Source of the DNA: a virus
Strand: one strand, 5' to 3'
DNA length: 62,585 bases
Virus record (IMG/VR): IMGVR_UViG_3300002035_000001
Location: 1 to 62,585 of that record
The translations under genes and the position numbers were made by a program. Under the pieces are notes generated by a model. It was not told the origin of the DNA. It worked only from the letters and a program-made list of their open reading frames with translations, and searched no databases. Positions 43,269 to 52,622 of this stretch are shown one piece after another; the stretch's first letter is position 1, and the number at the start of each line of letters is the position of its first letter.

Positions 43269-46200
43269 AGGTCACTAAACTCTCTGTTTCTATAAGCATT
43301 CTTCATAACCTTTACTAGGGTAGAAGCTTGCTTCTCTACCTCGGATTTAGTCATGCCTTTTGCTGCATAGAAGTTAACGGGAGGAACTGAGGATCCTGCT
43401 GGCGCTAAGTCCGTACTACCTGCCTTAGAAGATACCGATGTTTCTCGGGATAACGATAGGACTTGGTCTGAGTTACGAGGTCCTATTCCCGCGATAGAAG
43501 CACGGAGAGGCGAAGCAATATGAGCGGGAAGAACCATCTCATCTTTGTGGAGTTCCGTCATCTGCCCGTCGTAAGGAACCCTTTCTTGTCCTCCTCGAGC
43601 GGACACAAGGGCACCGAAGCCCAGCACGGCGGCAAGGGCAAGAGCCGCAGCAGCGGGCGCAGCTACTGGTCCGATAAAGGGAATAACGACAGTCGATTTG
43701 TAAGCACCCGCTGCGGCGGCAGCAGCACTAGTACCGATCTCTGCAGTACCCGCTGCCGCAGTTGCTGCCGTGGAGGCTCCCGCACCGGTCACAGCAGCTG
43801 CTGTTTTTATTCCTTCGGATGCAAGTTTAGCCCCAGTAGTTGCTGCGATAACACCCGTCTCGGTAGCAGCTCCTGCAACCTTTGCTCCTGTCTGGATACC
43901 TTCATTAGTAAGAACGATCCCTGTTCGACTAGCCTCGGCAGCCGCTTGAGTAGCAGTTCTTGCTGTCTCTCCTGTGGTGGTTACTGCCGTAAGGCCTAGC
44001 TGTCTTAGGGCCCAATCCTCTAACATCTTAAGGCCCATGTCAAAGAACTTAAATACAATTTGGTCAGCAATTCCCACCATAAGGTCTCGCCAACTCTGGG
44101 TTCGGTTCCACATACCTTGGAAGGCGCTGCTTAGGGACTGCACTAGCGAAGAGCTAACATCGCTCCACTTGTCTATTACAAGCTGAGCAGACTCATTCTG
44201 GAGTCGATTAACTTCCCTTGCGTAATCAGCTTGACCCAGTTGACGTTGGGCAAGGTGCTCGGCTTCAAGAAGCTCAAGGTCTGAATTAAGTCTTGCCCGA
44301 GTCTCTACTGGTAAGTGCTCAAGAGCTAATTGGTCTCGGATCGACTTAACTCGGAGCTGGAACATCCTCTCTTCATGGGCTGCTTGAAGGGCAAACTGTT
44401 TTTCTAGGATCTGAGCTTTTTGAGCAAGTTCCTGTTCTGGAGTAATAAACCTATTAGCAGCATTAAAGGAGACATTGTCTTCTTCAGTGCCTAGAGAAAC
44501 ACTGGACTTGTCTGCCCGGGAATTAGCTTCTATCTCAGCTAGTCTTGTTCTTTGCTCAATACCTTCCTGAGCCTGAGCAGCAAGTTCTTTCTGGTGTTGC
44601 CTTTCAAGTTTTATCTTATCCCGTTGGGCTCTAATGGTTTCTCGAGACTCTTTGCCATAGAAATCAGTTAGAAGAGCAATCTTCTTGTCTTGGATCTTAA
44701 TCTGTTCGGCAATATCATTCTGAGCAAGCTCCTGCTCAAAGTCAAGGGCGGATAGCTGATCCTCAAGCCTTTCTTTGAGCAAGTCTTCCATAGCTTTACG
44801 GAATTCCTCGGCGGCCTTGAGCTTATCGTCCGCGGCCTTAGCAGTTGCATTAGCAGATGCCTTTACCCTTGCTCCATTAGGGGGAGCCTCGACATGGAGG
44901 TGGTCCCTATGCTGATGTTTACCCGCTTTGATAAAGGTTATACGGTTGTTTCGGCCGTCATACCTCTTCCCGTTCCACAGCACAGTGAAGCCCATCTTTT
45001 GGTAATCGGTAGCAAGTTTATCAAGTCGAGCCTTAGCCTCAGGAACATCCGCATCTATCCCGGCTACCGCATTGATGTCCACTGCGCGGCCCTGCTGGTG
45101 ACCTGCACCTTTACTTACTCCGTTTCTTCCGATCCGACCGACCCTAAAGCCCCTTGCCTTGGCAATGGCGGCAGCATTGTTAATGTCTCCTACGGGATCT
45201 CCTGTCCGGGCATTACTACTACTAGAGCTATTACTGGATTGGGCGTTCTCCGCAGCTTTCCTTCTACGTATAGCCCGAACCAGGTCCTGTTCTAGTCGGA
45301 TCTCATCTTGCCGAGTCTTACTGGAAGCTTCAAATCGACGTAAAGCAGCAGCCTCTTCTTCTTCATAGGCTTGAGTTATCCTAGCAGAGCTATCAGTAGC
45401 AGCCTCCGCTTGCCTTTGAATAATCTCAACTCTATGCTGAGCAGCATTATCCTCAGCTAGTGCTACCGCCTCCTGTGCAGCTTTCTGTTCTTTCTTAGCT
45501 GCAGTAAGTTTCCCCTGTAGCCTAGTAAGTTCTCCGTAATAGGTTAAGGTCGCTTGTTGGTCACCTGCTAGGGGTTCTCCAAAACGAGTATGCTGATTAA
45601 GGGCTGCCTGAGCATCAGCCACCTTCTTAATTGCGGCAGCCTCGCGACTCTTAGCATTAGCTAGGTTGGATGCTGTTTGGATGCCTTGAAGCCTTATCGC
45701 CTCAGCATTATTAACGTTGGCTTCCTTCTGTTCTTTGTTATATTCTCGCAGAGCCTCGGTTAATTTCTTTAGACTTGCCTTTCTTACGTCTTCAGCCTTC
45801 GCTAGATCGAGAGTTTGGTCTTTAGCTTTCTTAGTAGCTTTATCGGTATCCTTAGTCTTATCTAACAGCAAACCCAAAAGAAGAGTAACACCGATGATAG
45901 CAGCACCGAAAGGACCAGCCATAAAGGCAGCAACTTTACCGATGGTTCCACCAAGCCCCGACAACGCGAAAGCTGTCTGACCACCCTGCTGGGCTAAGAT
46001 AACTAGAGGGTTAATTCCTGAGGCTAAAGACGCGGTAACGTCTTGAGCTTGGAAACCTAACTGGACCATAGTAGTATTCATCCGGCCCATATTTCTTATA
46101 TTAACGTCCTGTTGGGCTTTGGCTTGTTTCTGGATCTTAGTCCATTCACCCGTTTGTAGCTTGTTTTGAAGTAACAAAGAAGTAGCCTGTTGCATAACCT

Positions 46201-47224
46201 CATTGTACCGAGCCTGTGCAGCAAACGCGGGATCGATAGATGCTCTTAATTGGTTTACAGCATTAGCTTGCTGACGCTCAGCCTGTGCAAGCCTACGGGT
46301 CTCTTCCGCAGCAAGTCTAGACTGTTCTTTTGCAACTTGTTCTGCTCTGGCCTTTTCTTTTGATGCAGCAACTGCAGCGGCTGCTGACTCTTTAGCTGCT
46401 CTCCCTTCCTCAGAAGCCTTTGTTCTTGCTAGTAGGATGGATCGGTTGGCAGCATTCTCTGCAGCCTGCTTTGCTCGATTGGCAGCATTCTCTGCAGCCC
46501 TAGCTGTTCTAGCACTCCCCGCCTCTGCAGCTCTAGCTGCCGCATCAATAGCACGTTGAGCAGCATTAGCTGCAGCGGCCGTTGCTCTGCGAGCATCGTT
46601 CTCCAGCTGTTTAATACTACGGGAGGTTTCAATCGACCCGGCTCGGGCTCTTGAGTTACTGGGATTAGATATACTTGCAACAGCTCTCTGAGCAGCCTGA
46701 GCTGACTGACGAGCAATCCTTGCGGACAAGGCAATAGCCGCCTGTTCTTTCTTCTGCGCTGCCTCCACAGCAGCTGCTGCGCGTTTTGCTTCAATAATAC
46801 GTGCGGCTGCAGCTTCTCGAGCGGCAATCTGCTCAGCTTGGGCTTTAGCCCGGGTTGCTGTTACCTCCTCTTGCTTTAGCCTCTTAGCCTCAGCAGCTGC
46901 TGCTTTACCCGCTGCGCTATTTCTTGTGATGGATGCAACCTGTTGATCTAGGGCCTGCTTAGCTGCTCGAGCTCCCGCTGCATACTCTTCTTGGCCTATT
47001 CGGCCAGCATCAAGTAGTCTTTTGTTTTCTTCTAGGGTCCTGTTATACTTTTCAGTAGCAGCAAAAGTGGGATCAATAGCTGTCTTTAACCGACGGAAAG
47101 AAGCATCTAGCTCCTTAGCCTCTTTGCTGACACCCCCGATGGCAACCTTGGATCTCTTAGACCCTTGTTCAACCCCGGTAGGATCAGACCTGATATTAAT
47201 ATCTACTGTGTTCTCATCAGCCAT
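43265..47224 (-). CDS. Tape measure protein with an embedded M15/VanY-like peptidase motif
   Basis: 1319 aa. Ala/Arg/Glu coiled coil, Gly/Ala-rich hydrophobic C-terminal segments, and GHQQGRAVD...HRDHLHVE (about 44885-45170). Confidence 0.9.
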   Translation of the reverse strand: MADENTVDINIRSDPTGVEQGSKRSKVAIGGVSKEAKELDASFRRLKTAIDPTFAATEKYNRTLEENKRLLDAGRIGQEEYAAGARAAKQALDQQVASITRNSAAGKAAAAEAKRLKQEEVTATRAKAQAEQIAAREAAAARIIEAKRAAAAVEAAQKKEQAAIALSARIARQSAQAAQRAVASISNPSNSRARAGSIETSRSIKQLENDARRATAAAANAAQRAIDAAARAAEAGSARTARAAENAANRAKQAAENAANRSILLARTKASEEGRAAKESAAAAVAASKEKARAEQVAKEQSRLAAEETRRLAQAERQQANAVNQLRASIDPAFAAQARYNEVMQQATSLLLQNKLQTGEWTKIQKQAKAQQDVNIRNMGRMNTTMVQLGFQAQDVTASLASGINPLVILAQQGGQTAFALSGLGGTIGKVAAFMAGPFGAAIIGVTLLLGLLLDKTKDTDKATKKAKDQTLDLAKAEDVRKASLKKLTEALREYNKEQKEANVNNAEAIRLQGIQTASNLANAKSREAAAIKKVADAQAALNQHTRFGEPLAGDQQATLTYYGELTRLQGKLTAAKKEQKAAQEAVALAEDNAAQHRVEIIQRQAEAATDSSARITQAYEEEEAAALRRFEASSKTRQDEIRLEQDLVRAIRRRKAAENAQSSNSSSSSNARTGDPVGDINNAAAIAKARGFRVGRIGRNGVSKGAGHQQGRAVDINAVAGIDADVPEAKARLDKLATDYQKMGFTVLWNGKRYDGRNNRITFIKAGKHQHRDHLHVEAPPNGARVKASANATAKAADDKLKAAEEFRKAMEDLLKERLEDQLSALDFEQELAQNDIAEQIKIQDKKIALLTDFYGKESRETIRAQRDKIKLERQHQKELAAQAQEGIEQRTRLAEIEANSRADKSSVSLGTEEDNVSFNAANRFITPEQELAQKAQILEKQFALQAAHEERMFQLRVKSIRDQLALEHLPVETRARLNSDLELLEAEHLAQRQLGQADYAREVNRLQNESAQLVIDKWSDVSSSLVQSLSSAFQGMWNRTQSWRDLMVGIADQIVFKFFDMGLKMLEDWALRQLGLTAVTTTGETARTATQAAAEASRTGIVLTNEGIQTGAKVAGAATETGVIAATTGAKLASEGIKTAAAVTGAGASTAATAAAGTAEIGTSAAAAAAGAYKSTVVIPFIGPVAAPAAAALALAAVLGFGALVSARGGQERVPYDGQMTELHKDEMVLPAHIASPLRASIAGIGPRNSDQVLSLSRETSVSSKAGSTDLAPAGSSVPPVNFYAAKGMTKSEVEKQASTLVKVMKNAYRNREFSDL

Positions 47225-47550
47225 TACTGGATCATCCCGCCATTACCTTGAAACATCCTAGCTAACTCATTAAGGTCTCCCGTATTAGCTAAGGTGTTTG
47301 AGCCTTTGTCCTTCCTAGAATTCTTGTCCTTTATTAAACCCAGATATCCCGCCACAGCAATGTAGACAGGAGGTCCATTGTCCATCCACCAATCAACCAT
47401 AGAATAGTATTTCGGTAATGTCCAGTTCTTTGCTACGCCGTCCCAGCTTCCTCCTTCGCATCCTGCGGCAACGAGCTCTGCGATGTATCTACTGCAGTCT
47501 CCGTCGAATGGCTCGTTGTTTCCAGGCCCGGAACTGCTCCTTCCTCCCCC
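47224..47550 (-). CDS. -1 frame extension of the tail assembly chaperone (GT-type product)
   Basis: I checked the -1 frame triplet by triplet: it is open from 47550 to TAA at 47224-47226, which overlaps the TMP ATG. G5 run at 47546-47550. Confidence 0.55.
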   Translation of the reverse strand, partial: GGGRSSSGPGNNEPFDGDCSRYIAELVAAGCEGGSWDGVAKNWTLPKYYSMVDWWMDNGPPVYIAVAGYLGLIKDKNSRKDKGSNTLANTGDLNELARMFQGNGGMIQ

Positions 47551-47891
47551 TCAGCTGGCTGTAACCCCGCTTCTTCGATGATCTGCTCAACAGCTTTCCT
47601 AGCCTCGACAATTTCCTTGGCTTTAAGCTGTTTCTTCAAGAACCTTGTTACGGAGCTAAAGATCAAGTCCTCATCGTCCTTGTCACCATCCTCGGGAAAC
47701 CCGAACTTCAAGGGATCAAAGTCCTCTTTCTCCATTAAGCCCGCAGCTACTATTCGTAGTGCGGCTGAGGGGCCTTTCATGGGATGTTGAGATATCATAG
47801 CTTCTTCGATAAAGGGCCATGCCCGTTCGACTGCTAGAAAATTCATTTCGGGGATAGTATAATCTTCCCCGCCTATTCGTACTTTAGCCAT
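47433..47891 (-). CDS. Tail assembly chaperone (G-type)
   Basis: Position between the tail tube and TMP genes; acidic C-terminus. Confidence 0.6.
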   Translation of the reverse strand: MAKVRIGGEDYTIPEMNFLAVERAWPFIEEAMISQHPMKGPSAALRIVAAGLMEKEDFDPLKFGFPEDGDKDDEDLIFSSVTRFLKKQLKAKEIVEARKAVEQIIEEAGLQPAEGEEGAVPGLETTSHSTETAVDTSQSSLPQDAKEEAGTA

Positions 47892-47912
47892 AGGATGTCC
47901 CTCCGTTAGCTG

Positions 47913-47948
47913 TTAAAAGGCGGGTGACCACCTAAGAGCAGTCACCCG
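47913..47948 (-). terminator. Rho-independent (probably partial) terminator after the major tail gene
   Basis: Minus strand CGGGTGAC-12 nt-GTCACCCG, followed by CCTTTTAA. Confidence 0.55.
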
Positions 47949-47954
47949 TTAGTC

Positions 47955-48713
47955 TTATGCGCCCCCGGTAATGGACGTGGTAGTAATCCGGCCAATGTTA
48001 TTAGCAGCATTAGCATGAGCCATACCACTCATCTCGCCGATCAAGTAATCGTCTTGCTTTAGAGGCAAGGAAAGCTTGTCAGAAACATTGCTATACAGGA
48101 TGAGACTGAATGTCTTGCCGTCGTAAACCTGAGACAGAACAAGCTGGAACTTGGGAGTAGATCCCATCAACTGGTTATTGATCTCATAGCTACCACCGCT
48201 AGAGGGAGACTCATACATATAATTAAACAACAAGCTTGCATCCGCTTGAGCTGCATCAAAGGTATAGATACCCCCAGCAGTTACAGAATACAGTCCTGGG
48301 CCTTCAGACCCAGCTTCCACTTGCTTAAGGGGAAGACCCGACGTAGCATAATAGACTCCCAGATCCATGTGGAAATTGGAGGCGTTAGCTACAGTTACTG
48401 TATAAGGACCGGGAGTAGACGGGACATCAAGTGCCTCGTTCAAAGCCTGGACCAACTCATTGTTCTCGGTCGTATTTCCGCCGAAGAAGATCTGGTTATA
48501 GAATTCTACATCGACGTTACCCGAGTTAGCTTTCCATTCTACCTTAGTCTTACCTCGGGCAGTATCCAGCGCAAACTGGTATTGACCATAGAGTTCTTTG
48601 ATATCACCAGAAAAGTCTACAGAGACATCCTGGAGAGCACCAAAACGAAGGGGGGCACCACCTCCCACGGGCGTCGAAAAGAGCTGCCCGGTGCCGAAGA
48701 CGAATTGACTCAT
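47955..48713 (-). CDS. Major tail (tube) protein
   Basis: Position; 252 aa; followed by a terminator. Confidence 0.65.
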   Translation of the reverse strand: MSQFVFGTGQLFSTPVGGGAPLRFGALQDVSVDFSGDIKELYGQYQFALDTARGKTKVEWKANSGNVDVEFYNQIFFGGNTTENNELVQALNEALDVPSTPGPYTVTVANASNFHMDLGVYYATSGLPLKQVEAGSEGPGLYSVTAGGIYTFDAAQADASLLFNYMYESPSSGGSYEINNQLMGSTPKFQLVLSQVYDGKTFSLILYSNVSDKLSLPLKQDDYLIGEMSGMAHANAANNIGRITTTSITGGA

Positions 48714-48803
48714 TACTTCAAGCTCCTATATTAAGTTTAACCCATCTGGAACCATTTCCAGTTTCACCAGGTCTCCCCAGGGTAGATGAAATATTACACT
48801 CCA

Positions 48804-49280
48804 TTATGGGACCAACAGTTTAATGGGAATGACCATCATTCCCTGGTCGTCGATATCCCCAGGATCCTTGAATATCTTACCCTGAATATGGCAATGATGG
48901 ACAAGTCCCCCTAGAGTATTCCTTCGATCAAGATAACCGGGATCATTAGGGAGAGGACTTAAAGCCTTCCGTATTCCCCCGAGTATTAAGTTATTCTCCA
49001 CAGCTCCGATAGCCTTCTTATCCTTGCCTATCGCCTGATATACAATCCAATTAGCTTCCAGTACTGTTTTGTAAGCCATGCTGGTAACCTGAGCCTCGAT
49101 ACTACCGTGTTCTGCTTGAAAGCAGGCCGGCTGTTGATCTGTCGGAACATCGCTGAACAGTTTTACCCGTCGAGAGCTTGTAAGAAACTTACGGGACGCC
49201 TCAGCATCACTCGCTCGTTGCCAGCGTACTGTCGATACTCGCTCAAACAATGCGGCGAATAATAGTTCTTCATCTATCAT
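48804..49280 (-). CDS. Tail completion/terminator-type protein (called on position)
   Basis: Gene order between the gp10-like and tail tube genes. Confidence 0.4.
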   Translation of the reverse strand: MIDEELLFAALFERVSTVRWQRASDAEASRKFLTSSRRVKLFSDVPTDQQPACFQAEHGSIEAQVTSMAYKTVLEANWIVYQAIGKDKKAIGAVENNLILGGIRKALSPLPNDPGYLDRRNTLGGLVHHCHIQGKIFKDPGDIDDQGMMVIPIKLLVP

Positions 49281-49786
49281 CTTCCCGCCCTCATGTTAGC
49301 TCGTATCCCTTGGACAACTGAGTTCTTTATTCCCCGAGATATCTCTGGGCCCATTTCTCGATAAGCATCTTTCATATAATGCTTTCCAACTATCTGCCCG
49401 CCTGGGTGGGATACCCTAGTAGCAAACACCTTCTCACCGGTCGCAGCAGCAAAAGCAAGTACCTTTCCGGTAGTCGGAAGAATAAGATGGGGAGGTATCA
49501 CTGATCCTTCTTCCTGGGCTTTAGCGTAAGGAACACCCGAGCTAAATACGCGACCGTCTACTCTTACGCCATCATCTATAATCTCTACATCAATAGAGTC
49601 TAACAGTCTTCCCGTAGACTCCTTGAACTTTTCTAGGATGTTGCTTTCAACTTTATCCCTTAGGGCTTCTACCCAAGATCTTACCTTTTCTATCAAGATC
49701 TGCCTTACTACGTCGGGCATCCTATCTAGATTGTCGAGGATCCTTCTCTCCCCAATGATATCCAGGTAATATAGGTCTTCAGCCAT
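49277..49786 (-). CDS. HK97 gp10-like head-tail joining protein
   Basis: Pattern ...KFKESTGRLLDSIDVEII... and position. Confidence 0.5.
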   Translation of the reverse strand: MAEDLYYLDIIGERRILDNLDRMPDVVRQILIEKVRSWVEALRDKVESNILEKFKESTGRLLDSIDVEIIDDGVRVDGRVFSSGVPYAKAQEEGSVIPPHLILPTTGKVLAFAAATGEKVFATRVSHPGGQIVGKHYMKDAYREMGPEISRGIKNSVVQGIRANMRAGR

Positions 49787-49787
49787 A

Positions 49788-50585
49788 CTACACCGGGATC
49801 ACATTTCTGTAATGCTGTAAGGAGGACCGGATCGACTCGTTCATGTCTTTATCGGAAAAAGTAACAGTCTCCTGTCCTCCTAGAGTTTTGGACAGTACTC
49901 CTATCCTATCTTTACGAGCATACCACTCTCCGATCATCTCGGTCACAGCAAAACTCACGGTAGTGGGAACATAGACATAGGAGATAATTGCTTCCTTGCC
50001 TGCGTCAGAGGTGTTAAAGGTGTATAAGCCTTCTATAACGGAATATTCCCCCGAAGAAGGATCTCCCTCCACAGCAGATGCGTCAGTCCCGTCTAGGGTT
50101 ACTCCTTTGTCAGATACCCATTGTCCTCCCAAAGAAGGCTGAGCTGTAACGCTGCCGTCGGTATCAACAAGGGTAAAAGATTGGGAAGACTCGAAGCCTG
50201 CTCGGTATATAACTTGACAAGGACACCGGTAGTCAAACCGATATCCGTGAAGGTCGATTGATTGAGGGGCGTTCCTCGGATCACTAATCCTATAGCCTCG
50301 ACTTGGAAGACCCCCGACACCCAAGGTGGCTTCAGGGATTAACCGGCCTCCGACGCCCACGGACTCAATCGACAAGACCGGCCAGTTGCGAAGGAGCATA
50401 CCGGTCTTTCCGTTACCTGAAAAGTTTTGGGTATGGTCAGCAGCTCCAAACCCCTGTCTGTCCAGGTAATTAAGAGTATGCTGAGAGGCTGCATCGATAA
50501 GACGACTAAGCGAGCTATCGCTATTATCGTTATCGATACCCAGCCAATCTTTTACTTGGCTTAGAGTGGTCAGCCTCTCAGTCAT
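49788..50585 (-). CDS. gp6-like head-tail adaptor with an extended C-terminal domain
   Basis: N-terminus TTLSQVKDWLGIDNDNSDSSLSRLIDAASQHTLNYL matches the gp6-like connector pattern. Confidence 0.6.
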   Translation of the reverse strand: MTERLTTLSQVKDWLGIDNDNSDSSLSRLIDAASQHTLNYLDRQGFGAADHTQNFSGNGKTGMLLRNWPVLSIESVGVGGRLIPEATLGVGGLPSRGYRISDPRNAPQSIDLHGYRFDYRCPCQVIYRAGFESSQSFTLVDTDGSVTAQPSLGGQWVSDKGVTLDGTDASAVEGDPSSGEYSVIEGLYTFNTSDAGKEAIISYVYVPTTVSFAVTEMIGEWYARKDRIGVLSKTLGGQETVTFSDKDMNESIRSSLQHYRNVIPV

Positions 50586-50921
50586 TTATTCGTCCTCTGT
50601 TACCGCTTGACGAGCAAGACGTTTAAGCTTCTTCATGCCCATTGAGGTATCAGCTTCACCGCCTCGCTCTTCGATAAAGGCAACTAGGTCTCCCTTATCT
50701 TCTATATTATCGATAGTATTCTCAGCATCTTCTTGTGTCACATGATCCACAAACCCGTGGCGGCGTAAGGTGGGAAGGTGTGTAGCACTAACTACATCGA
50801 TAACCCCGTCTTCGCCAATCTCATACTCATGTCCATCGATTACTGCGGACGTAGTATTCTTCGGCGCTTTCATTTGGGTTTTAGGCTTACGGGGGGAGCC
50901 TTCTTTAGATTTCTTAGCCAT
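50586..50921 (-). CDS. Hypothetical head-associated protein
   Basis: Sits between the capsid and adaptor genes. Confidence 0.45.
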   Translation of the reverse strand: MAKKSKEGSPRKPKTQMKAPKNTTSAVIDGHEYEIGEDGVIDVVSATHLPTLRRHGFVDHVTQEDAENTIDNIEDKGDLVAFIEERGGEADTSMGMKKLKRLARQAVTEDE

Positions 50922-50944
50922 TATTAAATGTCCCTTATTGCGCG

Positions 50945-50986
50945 GCTAAAAGAATAGGTGAGGAGCCCCGCGCAAGACCCCTCACC
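50945..50986 (-). terminator. Candidate terminator after the major capsid gene
   Basis: Minus strand GGTGAGG-16 nt-CCTCACC, followed by TATTCTTTT. Confidence 0.45.
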
Positions 50987-50996
50987 CATGCGACCC

Positions 50997-52520
50997 TTAA
51001 CCGATGTTGGCGATAACGCCCATCGATGGCGGGAAGTAGTTCTGGAGAACCTCATCGGCATAGACACCGTACTCGTACTTACGAGTCCGAAGTGGCCATT
51101 CGATTTGGTAGTACTCTTGACGAGTACGGACCTGAACAACATTGCTAACTCCGCTTACGGGGTAAGGAAGTTTATTGGTCGAGAAGAAGACCATGCCTTG
51201 AGGCATATTCGGGTGAATACGGACCTTAATGACATTAGCTCCGTTCATGGAGAAGCGGTTAAGGTATGTTGCAACCATGACCCCGCCTACCATCATGCCT
51301 TGCTCCATGTTTACCACAATTCGGTAAGCACCGTTCGCATTGCCTTGAAGGATCTTCTGAGAGATAGCCAAGGCTTGATCGGAAGAAACCCAGATGGTAT
51401 CAGGCGTCAAGCGGTAGTTATCCCAGAAGCTCTTAAGAGCAGAGTCGATCTCAACAATGCCGCCTGCGCCATCCGTAGTAAGCGTTGCGCCATCCAAAGA
51501 CTCGTAGTAAGCATTAGACCCTGCCTTCATAGCTTGGGTAAGTAAGCCGTCAAAGACAAGGTTGTTGGTTGAGTTATCAGATGCAGGCAAAGAAGCAAGC
51601 GTCTGGGTCCCGGCAGCAACATCGGCGATAGTAACAGCATTTACTGTGGTGATTGCACCCAGAACACCGTTAGTCGTACTATCACCCCAGAACCAAGCGT
51701 ATGCTACAGCGCCTCGGACAGCATCCACAGTAGCGGATATTGAGTTGGTGGTTCCCGCAGCAATAGTTGCAGTTGCTTGAGCTGATACTTCAGCAGAGCC
51801 ACCTCCGAAAGTGTCCGTCGATGCGTCAGCGTTTGTCCGAGTAATAGAAGTCGGGATACCGCCTACTACAGAAGCATTAACATAACCCTCAAGAGTAAGA
51901 GCTACACAGTTAACGTATTGAGTAGCAGACAGCGCACCGCCTGTTGCTGAGACGGAAGCAGAAGGTGTAGGAGTTGTCCCCAAAGGAACAGTACCATTAC
52001 CGCCTAGAAGAAGAAGCTCTTCACCGAGCATCAAAGCTTCAAGGCCGACCTTTGCTGCGAGAGCACGGATGTCCTCAAAGCCTTGGCCTGCATACTGAGC
52101 TTCAAAGTCTACATTGTCTTCAATGCCGATGCCTTTGTAGGCTGCAGCATAGTCAGCAACGCTGACAGCCATTACAGCGCCGCGGTTACCGCCCGATACG
52201 CCGATACGGATACCCGAGGTATTAATTCCCGTAACCGCTTTCCAGTTAGCCTGGATGCCGCCTTTGCCGGTAACACGCGGGATCTCGTTACGGAGAGGCG
52301 TCAGTACCGGGTAGAGGAATTTAGCACCAGCTTCAAGGTCATAAAAAGTAAGACCCGTGGTGGCTGATCCTGATTGAGCGAAAGTTGACTTGGCAAGAGC
52401 TTCAGGTAGATCAGGATTATTGATCGTAGGTGAAGAAGCCAAAGCTTTCATTAGGGCGTCGAGCGATGCGCCCGCAACGAGGCCCTGTTCCTGTTGGATA
52501 GGTGTATTTTCAGTACTCAT
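50997..52520 (-). CDS. Major capsid protein (large, probably with an insertion domain)
   Basis: Position after the scaffold gene; LYPVLTPLRNEIPR-type N-terminal segment; followed by a terminator. Confidence 0.75.
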   Translation of the reverse strand: MSTENTPIQQEQGLVAGASLDALMKALASSPTINNPDLPEALAKSTFAQSGSATTGLTFYDLEAGAKFLYPVLTPLRNEIPRVTGKGGIQANWKAVTGINTSGIRIGVSGGNRGAVMAVSVADYAAAYKGIGIEDNVDFEAQYAGQGFEDIRALAAKVGLEALMLGEELLLLGGNGTVPLGTTPTPSASVSATGGALSATQYVNCVALTLEGYVNASVVGGIPTSITRTNADASTDTFGGGSAEVSAQATATIAAGTTNSISATVDAVRGAVAYAWFWGDSTTNGVLGAITTVNAVTIADVAAGTQTLASLPASDNSTNNLVFDGLLTQAMKAGSNAYYESLDGATLTTDGAGGIVEIDSALKSFWDNYRLTPDTIWVSSDQALAISQKILQGNANGAYRIVVNMEQGMMVGGVMVATYLNRFSMNGANVIKVRIHPNMPQGMVFFSTNKLPYPVSGVSNVVQVRTRQEYYQIEWPLRTRKYEYGVYADEVLQNYFPPSMGVIANIG

Positions 52521-52622
52521 GATATAAATCTCCGTTGGTTAGTACTGGTTAAAGTTTAGCGAAATCTTACCGTCCCCGGCAAGTGCAGTGATAGGCTCCC
52601 GTCCCCGGTTACCTCGTTGCCT

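Noticed and set aside
43520-46827. ORFs inside and antisense to the tape measure gene, and the 21-nt repeat ttggcagcattctctgcagcc (about 46445 and 46478)
   Set aside because: These are alternate frames of an Ala/Arg-rich coiled-coil gene. The DNA repeat simply encodes the AAENAANR(A/S) protein repeat typical of tape measures.
50958-51545. 195-aa plus-strand ORF and others (51562..51780, 51974..52165, 52083..52367)
   Set aside because: They are antisense to the major capsid gene and have no RBS.
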